64,000 nucleotides of DNA from an uncultured cyanobacterium (GTDB lineage: Bacteria > Cyanobacteriota > Cyanobacteriia > Cyanobacteriales > Cyanobacteriaceae), in contig CAVVOP010000032.1 in assembly GCA_963749915.1 (NCBI GenBank), positions 117,902 through 181,901 on the forward strand, read 5' to 3'. Made by a program: the position numbers and the translations under genes. A model generated the notes under the pieces. The model was not told where the DNA came from. It saw only the letters and a list, made by a program, of their open reading frames with translations, and ran no database searches. This document shows, piece after piece, positions 20,807 to 29,357 of the stretch (its first letter is position 1; each line of letters opens with the position of its first letter).

Positions 20807-21235
20807 ATGAAAAAATTAATTAGTTTAATCCTACCCCTCAGTTTATTAATGTTCGCTTGCAGTTCACCTTCTAACCAAGCTGAAACCCAGTCACAAGTCA
20901 CCTCTGAAGTTGAAACAACAGAAGAAAAAACTGTCAAAGTTGCTTTAGTCAGTCCTCAAGGAGAAATTCCCATGGGAGATGTGGAATTAATTTTAGAAGT
21001 TCAAGATAGCACTTCAGGAGAAGTTATCGCTGTGGAAAATATTGAGGTGAGTTCAACTATGCCGATGGAAGGAGAAGATGATATGATTTCCAAGGTTGAA
21101 ATAGAACCCGCTGACAATCCTGGACAATTTAAAATCAAGACTAATTTTGGCATGGCAGGCACTTGGTACTTAGACAGTAAGATTCAAGATCCCCAATATC
21201 AAGGAGAAAGCAAAATCACTTTAGAAGTTAAGTAA
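20807..21235 (+). CDS. YtkA/FixH-like lipoprotein
   Basis: Lipobox MFAC; STMPM...NFGMAGTW; clearly homologous to the adaptor's C-terminal domain. Confidence 0.75.
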   Translation: MKKLISLILPLSLLMFACSSPSNQAETQSQVTSEVETTEEKTVKVALVSPQGEIPMGDVELILEVQDSTSGEVIAVENIEVSSTMPMEGEDDMISKVEIEPADNPGQFKIKTNFGMAGTWYLDSKIQDPQYQGESKITLEVK

Positions 21236-21503
21236 GTTTAGCATCGCCTATCTCTAAGTTTTTGATTGTTTCAATAAATACGTTAAAACTATGAGATTTA
21301 TTCTTATTTATATCTAAGTTTTTTCCAATTTTACCTGCTTTACTATTTGGTTGATAAGTGGGTACAATTTTCTTTAATTCTTGCTTAGCAGAATTTAGCT
21401 GATCTGGATTTCTGTACTTTTGCTTAGTTTGTAATTTACTCAATTTATTTTGTTTTAAACCTGGAGCTATTTCTACTAAAATAAGGTAATATTGATAACT
21501 CAT
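21228..21503 (-). pseudogene. DUF4276 family protein, internally deleted
   Basis: ATG at 21503; retains KYRNPDQL...KQEL...YQ...NKSHSFNVF C-terminal part, lacks the N-terminal acidic core. Confidence 0.65.
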
Positions 21504-21504
21504 T

Positions 21505-22701
21505 TTAAGGATTAACCCCTCCAAAAAGCCCCTGTTTCCATAAAGCCCCCGGTAAATCACCTTCTTGATATAATTTCTTCAGAATCTCGTTGTCATTGGC
21601 TCTATAAATATTAGTAATACCCTCTTTTTTTTCTAGCCAAAATATATTTTCTAAATCAACGCCATTGAGAAAATCAGGAGAATGAGTAGAAACTAGAACC
21701 TGTCCACCTAACTCATTATTTTGTAAAGAATAGGCTTTAAATTCCTCTGCTAATTCCATCAAAAGTGAAGGATAAAGTTGATTTTCTGGTTCTTCTATAC
21801 ACAATAAAGGATGAGGTTTAGGATCATATAATAAAACTAAATAAGCAAACATTTTTATTGTTCCATCAGAAACATATCTGGCAATAAAAGGGTCTTTAAA
21901 AGCCTCATCTTGAAATTTTAAAATAAGTCTTCCATCTTCGGTAGTCTTTGCTTCTACTTGAGAAATACCCGGCACTCTTTGCTTCATAATTTCTAATATT
22001 TTTTGAAAAATATCAGAATAATTCTCAGAGATATATTGGGCAACTAATGGTAAATTATCTCCCGTTGTTGATAAATGTTCTGCATATCCTACATCTTTAC
22101 TTCCTCTCGCCGCATTAATATGGAAATCAGAAACGTGCCAATTTTCTATTAACAGTCGAAAAGCACTCGCTGCTTTAAATCGCTGAAATTGTCCTAATCC
22201 TTTGATTGCGAGAATATCTGCACTATCTAAAGTTTGCTCTTCTCTTTTTAGTTCTTCATTGGCTTTGTCGAAATCTTCCTCATTAATAATCGCATAACCT
22301 TGACCATTACTAAACTCTAAAAAATGAAAAGGTTTACCACGATTACCCCTTCTATAACGTAAAATTTCCTTTTTAATTATAGGTGAAAATTTGTCTTGAC
22401 TAATAACCAATATATAAGTAACCGTTCTTTCTTTTTCTAAAATCTTTATTTTGAATTTAATCTCAAATTCTATATCTTCGTTTTCATGTCCTCTAGTAAT
22501 AACTTCTTGAAAACCACCTCTAATTTGTAATGCCTGACGGATATTATTTTTTAAAGCATCTCTTAAGAAACCAAAAACATCAAATAAATTACTCTTTCCT
22601 GTACCATTCGCCCCGACAAAAACACAAAAAGCAGGTAAGTTTTTAAGTTCTATATTCTGTAAACTTCGATAATTTTTAATCTTAATTCCAATAATTTGCA
22701 T
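21505..22701 (-). CDS. AAA_21/AbiEii-type ABC ATPase
   Basis: IKNYRSL, GANGTGKSN, SDGT signature, IEEPENQLYP, VSTHSP. Confidence 0.9.
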   Translation of the reverse strand: MQIIGIKIKNYRSLQNIELKNLPAFCVFVGANGTGKSNLFDVFGFLRDALKNNIRQALQIRGGFQEVITRGHENEDIEFEIKFKIKILEKERTVTYILVISQDKFSPIIKKEILRYRRGNRGKPFHFLEFSNGQGYAIINEEDFDKANEELKREEQTLDSADILAIKGLGQFQRFKAASAFRLLIENWHVSDFHINAARGSKDVGYAEHLSTTGDNLPLVAQYISENYSDIFQKILEIMKQRVPGISQVEAKTTEDGRLILKFQDEAFKDPFIARYVSDGTIKMFAYLVLLYDPKPHPLLCIEEPENQLYPSLLMELAEEFKAYSLQNNELGGQVLVSTHSPDFLNGVDLENIFWLEKKEGITNIYRANDNEILKKLYQEGDLPGALWKQGLFGGVNP

Positions 22702-22739
22702 TTTTATTTAATGAGAATTATGTTTATTATCTATCTTAA

Positions 22740-22858
22740 GGAGACCTCGAAAAAGAGGTTAGTCCTTAAAAATTGCTCGCTAAAACCTTTAAAATATCCT
22801 TGATTATTCTCAATAATACTGCTTCATTCTAAATAATATTGAATTAATCGAGGTGCCC
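22740..22858. mobile_element. 119-bp MITE (IS5-like), TTAA target duplication
   Basis: TIRs GGAGACCTCGA / GGGCACCTCGA (9 of 11 match); TTAA at 22736-22739 and 22859-22862. Confidence 0.65.
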
Positions 22859-22963
22859 TTAAATCTAACAACTGTGATTATTATCTCAAAAGTAAGCTAT
22901 TTGTTACAAGACAGAGGAAAAGCTGAACCAAGAAATAATACATAAAAAAATTTTTTATTGTCG

Positions 22964-22996
22964 TTTCATCCTAATTTCATATTCATGTGTCACCCT
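22964..22996 (+). promoter_or_regulatory. CopR/RppA-type direct-repeat box plus -10-like hexamer (box 2)
   Basis: TTTCATCCTAATTTCAT (22964-22980), 10 bp, CACCCT (22991-22996). Confidence 0.7.
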
Positions 22997-23037
22997 AATG
23001 ATTTAGCACCCAATCTTATTTTAATATCTGTTTATCG

Positions 23038-26000
23038 ATGAAAACTTTTCTTACTTGGTGGTCAATTAAAAATCCCGTTGTCACGATCGCCTTGTATCTT
23101 GGAGTAGTGGTACTTTCTCTACTAACCCTCATTCTCATTCCCGTGAGAATGATGCCCTATGTACAGAGTCCCTTAGTAGCAGTAATTACTATGGCTCCAG
23201 GGCAGTCTCCCACTGAGGTGGAAACCGATATTAGTAAACCTATTGAACAAAGATTGACGGTGCTTGATGGAGTGCGATTTATTAGATCGAGTTCTCAACA
23301 GGATATGTCTTTGGTGACAGTGCAATTTGCTTGGGGCGGAAATATTGATAACGCCGTCCAGGAAGTACAAAGCGTAATGAAGGCAGCGGAAGGAGATTTA
23401 CCCCTAGACGGTATTAATACTCGTTCTTACTGGGTTTTGCCCATCGATCCTTTAAATCGACCTGTGTTAACCCTTGCCCTGACAGGAGAAGGCTGGGAAC
23501 ATTTGCAGTTAAGGGAATTTGCGGATAATACTTTAGTCGATCGCTTAACGCAAGTTACAGATGTACAATCAGTGTCAATCTTTGGGGGCTATCGGCGACA
23601 ATTACAAGTGATTGTCGAGCGTCAAAAACTAGCTGCTTACGGACTTTCTATTTTAGATGTCCGAGATGCCATCGATAAAAATAATGTGAGTCAGGGAGCA
23701 GGAATACTAACCCAAGGAGAGAGGGAAATTTTAGTCAGAACAGATGATCGTGCTTTAAACCCTCAAATGGTGCTCGATTATCCCCTTTATGAGATGGATG
23801 GTAGAATTGTCTATGTTCGTGATGTGGCTCAAGTCAAGGATACTTATGAAGAGAGACGGAGTAGCTACCGTTATAATGGACAGTCGGCACTAGCTGTTAA
23901 TATTATTCAAAAACCCGATTCTAGTTCCCCGCAAGTCATTGAACAGGTACGCCAAGAATTAGAGAAAATTAAAGCCCAATATCCTGGTCTGGAATTCCAA
24001 GAAGCTTACGATAATGCTTTCTTAGTGGAATTAATTAAGGATAGTACCACAGGAGAACTGTTAATCAGTGTGATTTTGGCGGGAATCGTCATCCTCGTTT
24101 TTTTAGAGGATTTTCGTGCCACAGCCATTGTGATGATCTCTATTCCCATGTCTTTGGCTTTATCGCTCTTGCCCTTTATCCCCATTTCCATGTCCTTAAA
24201 TTCTTCCACCTTAGTGGGGATGATGATGGCCATTGGGAAGTTAGTGGATGATTCAATTATTGTGATTGATTCCATTGATCGGCAATTAAAAGCAGGAAAG
24301 ACACCCCGACAAGCAGCGATACAAGGTACAGGGGAAGTATTTTTAGCCAGTGCCGCCGCCAGTTGTGTCATGATTGCTGCCTTATTACCCACAATTTTAG
24401 CCGGAGGATTAACGGGGTTAATGTTTGTGGGCTTAGTCTATCCGATGGTATTTGCTTTTGTTGCTTCCCTTTTAGTTTCAATTACTCTCATTCCCCTGTT
24501 AGCTGCCTTTTTTCTCCAGCCGATTGGTACAACTAAAGGGAAACGTAAAACTTGGTTACAATGGTTGCTCAGTCCCTTTCATTATGGTTTTATCGCCTTA
24601 GAAAAGGGCTATGGTTGGTTATTAGATGTTAGTTTAAAAAATCGAGAAATTACCCTCGCTATAGCGGGAGCATCGATTGTTTTAGCTTTTGCTTTATATC
24701 CCTTTATTCCCCAGGAAATGATGCCTTTGGGAGATTCGGGACAGTTTATGGCTACCTTGGAATTAGAACCGGGAGCATCCTTTGAACGCACCGATAAAGC
24801 TTCTGCCCAATTTGAGCAGATTTTGTGGGCACAGCCTGAAATTGAAAAGGTATCCGCCGAAATTGGTTTTGAGTTCACCCGCAACAGTACTTATTTTAGT
24901 GCTTACAGTATGGGTGGAGTTAATAGTTCCTCGATGATGGTGACTCTTAAACCTTTAGGAGAGCGTCAACGAGATATTTGGCAAATAATGGATGGTGTGG
25001 AAACCGAAGCCAAGCGGACAATTCCCGGGTTAAGACGGATTGCCATGAAAGAAATGGGGGTAGATGTGATGGCTACTTCCGCCGCTCCCATTCAGCTGGC
25101 AGTTTATGGTGAAGATTTAGGAGTTTTACATGGTTTAGCGAATCAAGTCTTAGGAATTGCCGAAAAGAATCCCGATTTATATCTGACTCATACTAGCTCT
25201 AGTTTGACTCAACCCGAATATCAATTGAAAATAGATCGCCGTCGAGCACAGGAATTAGGATTAACAGTTGAACAAATAACACAACAAGCAAAATACGCTC
25301 TTAGTGGCGGATTTACCCGTAAATTTTACAATCGTCCTAATTTACGACCAAACACTATCTTAGTACGTTATGACCAGAGCGATCGAGGCAATTTTCAAGA
25401 TTTAGCCTCAACCTACATTACCACAACCAGTGGCCAACAAGTTCCTTTAGCAATGGTAGCTAGTTTAGAATCCTCTAGGGGACCAACAATTATTGAAAGG
25501 GTCAATGGGCGCAGAGTCGTCTATGTGAATGGTTTTTATCGAAAAAGTAATCCTGCTTCCATGAATTTGTCCATGGCGATTGCGATGGAAGCGGGAGTAA
25601 AATTAGAGTTTCCCCCTGGTTACGGATTGGATTCCATGGGCGATATGACAGACATGATGATTGAATTCGATCGCCTTCTCAAAGGTTTAATCGTCTCTCT
25701 GGTATTGATTTATTTGATTTTAGTAATTCAATTTGGTTCTTTTATTCAACCGCTAGTGATGATGTTATCAATTCCTTTAGAATTAGTGGGGGTATTTGGA
25801 GGGTTGTTATTAGCCAAACAAACCTTATCCACTGTATCTATTTTAGGAATTATCATCCTCTCAGGAATTGCCGTTTCTTCAGCGATTCTATTGTTAGAAT
25901 TGATTTTAACTAAACGTCAACAAGGTGTCCCCAGAACTCAAGCTATCCGAGAAGCTGGACCTGTTCGTTTAAAAGCAATTTTTATGACGACTTTAACTAC

Positions 26001-26235
26001 AATGATTGTAGTAGTTAGACTAGCTTTTTATCCGGAAACAGGAATGGATGCTTATTCACCTATTGCTACAGTAATTTTAGGTGGCTTAACCGTGTCAACT
26101 TTATTAACTTTAATTGTCATTCCTGTAGTTTATACTTTTGTCGATGACATTATGACAGGATTAAAAAAATTAGGGAAACCATCAAGATATAAAGGCAAGC
26201 AGATTTTTGAACATCCCTATAGTAGTAAAAAATAA
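23038..26235 (+). CDS. RND efflux pump permease, Met-rich, probably heavy-metal
   Basis: 1065 aa, two periplasmic domains plus 12 TM pattern, LVDDSII, IFMTT; regulatory context implies copper. Confidence 0.9.
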   Translation: MKTFLTWWSIKNPVVTIALYLGVVVLSLLTLILIPVRMMPYVQSPLVAVITMAPGQSPTEVETDISKPIEQRLTVLDGVRFIRSSSQQDMSLVTVQFAWGGNIDNAVQEVQSVMKAAEGDLPLDGINTRSYWVLPIDPLNRPVLTLALTGEGWEHLQLREFADNTLVDRLTQVTDVQSVSIFGGYRRQLQVIVERQKLAAYGLSILDVRDAIDKNNVSQGAGILTQGEREILVRTDDRALNPQMVLDYPLYEMDGRIVYVRDVAQVKDTYEERRSSYRYNGQSALAVNIIQKPDSSSPQVIEQVRQELEKIKAQYPGLEFQEAYDNAFLVELIKDSTTGELLISVILAGIVILVFLEDFRATAIVMISIPMSLALSLLPFIPISMSLNSSTLVGMMMAIGKLVDDSIIVIDSIDRQLKAGKTPRQAAIQGTGEVFLASAAASCVMIAALLPTILAGGLTGLMFVGLVYPMVFAFVASLLVSITLIPLLAAFFLQPIGTTKGKRKTWLQWLLSPFHYGFIALEKGYGWLLDVSLKNREITLAIAGASIVLAFALYPFIPQEMMPLGDSGQFMATLELEPGASFERTDKASAQFEQILWAQPEIEKVSAEIGFEFTRNSTYFSAYSMGGVNSSSMMVTLKPLGERQRDIWQIMDGVETEAKRTIPGLRRIAMKEMGVDVMATSAAPIQLAVYGEDLGVLHGLANQVLGIAEKNPDLYLTHTSSSLTQPEYQLKIDRRRAQELGLTVEQITQQAKYALSGGFTRKFYNRPNLRPNTILVRYDQSDRGNFQDLASTYITTTSGQQVPLAMVASLESSRGPTIIERVNGRRVVYVNGFYRKSNPASMNLSMAIAMEAGVKLEFPPGYGLDSMGDMTDMMIEFDRLLKGLIVSLVLIYLILVIQFGSFIQPLVMMLSIPLELVGVFGGLLLAKQTLSTVSILGIIILSGIAVSSAILLLELILTKRQQGVPRTQAIREAGPVRLKAIFMTTLTTMIVVVRLAFYPETGMDAYSPIATVILGGLTVSTLLTLIVIPVVYTFVDDIMTGLKKLGKPSRYKGKQIFEHPYSSKK

Positions 26236-26335
26236 GCTCAAATTTGCTTAAGATAAATTTTTTGACCGTGCCCCAGATGTAATACCAATTCGCGTTCATA
26301 AATGTAACTTTGAAACTAACAGACGAAAGTTACTT

Positions 26336-26758
26336 TTAAATCTCATTTTGCAGTGCGGCTTTTGTGATTTCAATCTCGCACTTTAAAACCATACTGCCAT
26401 AACCAGTTCCTTGAAAAGCTATTGAATTGATGTAAAGACAATAAGCACGACGTGCCTTTTGAAAATCTATCAATTGGCTAACATTACTACGATTAAGACC
26501 TTCTCGTTCTAAGTGTTCCATCCACAAGTCTCTAAACTCTTGAGAAGGTACATCTGCTGCAGTTGCAGGAACGCGATGAAGTAGTGTTTTAAGTTGATCA
26601 TCAAATTTTTTTAACTCATTTTGGTAACATTCATAGGTCTTCCCTGTTGAACCAGCATCTTCACAGCGAACTGATGATGAAACTGGATTAGCCAAGATGG
26701 GGAGACTAGTCCAAGTAACAAATGCAATAAGAGATAGAAGAGGTGAAAATTTCATTAT
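26336..26758 (-). CDS. secreted LprI/DUF1311-like four-cysteine protein (start likely at MIMKF/MKF, approximate)
   Basis: Signal peptide, C..AGST...ECY..EL...D..L and FQKAR.AYC.....GTGY.....CE...T pattern. Confidence 0.55.
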   Translation of the reverse strand: MMKFSPLLSLIAFVTWTSLPILANPVSSSVRCEDAGSTGKTYECYQNELKKFDDQLKTLLHRVPATAADVPSQEFRDLWMEHLEREGLNRSNVSQLIDFQKARRAYCLYINSIAFQGTGYGSMVLKCEIEITKAALQNEI

Positions 26759-27078
26759 CATTGGAAACTTAGTTAAGCCAGAAAATAATACCTTTTCATT
26801 ATACTGCAAACGGTTTAAAACTGGAGTTTTTAAGATCCCTTCAGATACTTCCGATTTTTTTGTTGTTTGGGTCGCACTCACTAGTCATATTTCTCCTGCT
26901 AAATCTCTGAGTAGGAGAGGAATTTTTTCTCAGATTGGCAAGAAGTATGAGTTCGACCAATAGCTAGACTAATTTTTAATTTAACATTGTCAAGATACAA
27001 TAACGAGAAATATTTACCCTGGCGATTAATGATACAAATGCATTATCTGCATAACACATTTGTTAACAGTATTCTTAA

Positions 27079-28133
27079 CTCATCGTTCGCTTAAATAAAA
27101 TCAGATAACTGACAAAAAAAGGTTAAAATCTGGACTGGATAAAGCATTAAGCAACATGGAGTCAAAAGATTATTCCACAAATCCAGTCAGAACGAGTAGA
27201 TGATTTACCATTAATTATCTATTGGCTAACACAAATGAATATTGCCGCAATCATCGATGAAAATTTATTGACACCTCATGGTAATCGCAAAGGATTAAGT
27301 TATGGTCAACTAGCTGTATTATTACTCACGTATATTATCAGTGAAGCAGACCATCGCCTTTGTTGTCTAGAAAAATGGGTTAATGACCATCATCACAGTC
27401 TTTCAGCAATAACAGGATGGAAGATAGGGAAAAAGGATGCTACAGATGATCGTTTGGGTACATTAGATCCCTGTGGAATGCCATTAGTGGGTGCGACTTT
27501 AGCTGGTAATGGCACAGACGAGGCTGATTATGTTTCCACTTGGAGACAAATGAAGGAAATTATCGGTAATCCAGATTTCTTATATTTAGCTGATTCCAAA
27601 GCATCAACATGGCACAATCGGGCAAAAATCAATGAAGAGGGAGGAATCTATTGTTTCCCGTTGGCAATGAGTCAACCACGTCCAAAACTACTGTCAGATT
27701 GGGTAAATAATCCAGTTACAGAAATAATTAAATTTTGGCAACAAGAGGAGAAAGAATCAGAACCAAAAGAAATAGGACTTGGTTTTGAAGTACCCCTTGG
27801 GAGTATATGGGTGGAACCAGAAACGAAAAAAAGCCATCAATGGGAAGAAAGATGGTTAGTAGTAAAATCAAATGCCTTAGCATCTCGTCAAATTAAGGGT
27901 TTACACAGTCGTTTACTCAAAGGGGAAAAAGCTTTAGCTACCTTAGCACAGCGACCTGGAAATGAGGAGCAAGTATTATGTAGGAAAGTAGAAGAGATAC
28001 TAAAAAGCAATCGGATCTCAAAATACATTGAATATTCAATCGAAAAAAAGATGAGTTTGGCTAAAATCCTTATCTATTAAACATTTGAAGTTATTTTTCA
28101 AATTTTTACTTTTTCAAATAAGCGAACAATGAG
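27079..28133 (+). mobile_element. IS1634-like element, internally deleted
   Basis: TIRs CTCATCGTTCGCTTA / CTCATTGTTCGCTTA; flanks TCTTAA/TCTAAA; transposase remnant 27235-28080 (ERVDDLPL, DATDDRLG, LYLADSK). Confidence 0.8.
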
Positions 28134-28270
28134 TCTAAACATATCTCTCACACTCATTGCAGCTTCAGGAGCGATGCCAGAGAGTTTGTCCAATACTTGA
28201 TTTTTATTAACATGGTGCGTTCCTGGAAATTTATCGGTGGAGTAGTAGGAGTTGCATTGGGGAACGCACC

Positions 28271-28931
28271 CTATAGCGATGGCGATCGCACTGAAATCGT
28301 CGGTAATCCCCTATCCTGAAACTTTTTAACTTTGTCATTTATGTATTCAAACTGGGCATTTCTGTGGGGATGATTTCCTCCCTCTTGAGTTTTTCTATTT
28401 GATTGCAAACTATACCCTAACTCCCATAATAAATCACAGATTTTTCGTTGGCTGATCTCATAGCCCTTGGACATCAATTCATCCCTTAACTTATATGTAC
28501 TTTTGCAAGTCCACCGAAGTGGCGACTCTGGATCACCTCTGGTTAATGGCTCAATCAAACTTTCCAAATCTGCTAATATATTTGGGGCTTTCTCCGTTAT
28601 CTTTTGACGTCCGCCCCCTTTCTTTCTAATCTGTTTTTTATCTAATTTTTCTTCGTTTTCTAGCTCTTTTAATCCTGCATAAATTGTGGGTCGGGAAATA
28701 TTCGTCGCTTTATGTACAACCATAACACCTCCTTTTCCATAAATTCTATTATAAGCCTTAGCTCTTGCCGCACACCATAAACGAATTCTGCGTTCGTCTA
28801 GTGAATATGAAATATCATTAAATTCATCTTTGAGTGCGTTTATTATATTTGGCGATTTTTTTATGATGATTTTCATTCTATATTAGTACCAGAAATCCTT
28901 TCATCTGTAAAATTTATTTATTCTTAATGCC
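28271..28931 (-). mobile_element. ISAzo13-family transposase N-terminal fragment with left end
   Basis: LDERRIRLWCAA, RKKGGGR, TRGDPESPLRWTCKS, GYSLQSNRKTQEG, HPHRNAQF; truncated after PTISV. Confidence 0.9.
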
Positions 28932-28948
28932 TTAAACATTGTCATTGG

Positions 28949-29242
28949 ATGAGCAAAGCTTTAGAAATTGCCGAAGAAGCCGGTAAAGTAGGAGATGTAA
29001 CCGTAGGAGCGATTATAACTGATCAAATGTGTAGGGGGGCAATAATTCAAGCTAGAATTGGTTTATTGGTATATGGGGCAGATGATCCTAAAACTGGGAC
29101 GATCCGTACGGTGGCTAATTTACCTGATAGTGCTTGTTCTAATCATCGCCTTGAGGTAATTGCTGGAATTAGGGAATCTGCTTGTAGAGAGCAATTACAG
29201 TCTTGGTTTCAAAACAAAAGACAAGCAGACCAATTATCGTAA
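28949..29242 (+). pseudogene. tadA: tRNA adenosine deaminase TadA, internally deleted
   Basis: GDVTVGAII joined directly to MCRGAIIQARIGLLVYGADDPKTG...SNH; HAE and LEPC zinc motifs missing. Confidence 0.85.
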
Positions 29243-29272
29243 TTAAAGTGATAAAGACTAAGTAATTTATAA

Positions 29273-29305
29273 TTTCATCCTAATTTCATTTTCTTTAGTT
29301 ATTCT
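29273..29305 (+). promoter_or_regulatory. CopR/RppA-type direct-repeat box plus -10 (box 3)
   Basis: TTTCATCCTAATTTCAT (29273-29289), 10 bp, TATTCT (29300-29305). Confidence 0.75.
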
Positions 29306-29357
29306 GATAACATCTTAAATTTATAGGAATGTAAAAACAAATCTTCTTTGTTCAATT

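Noticed and set aside
21504..21560. Extended start of the DUF4276 ORF
   Set aside because: Overlaps the ATPase 3' end; ATG at 21503 directly after the ATPase stop is more plausible
28140..28270. Open minus-strand frame with a 10-bp inverted repeat (GGTGCGTTCC/GGAACGCACC) between two IS remnants
   Set aside because: Could not assign to any family; too short to call
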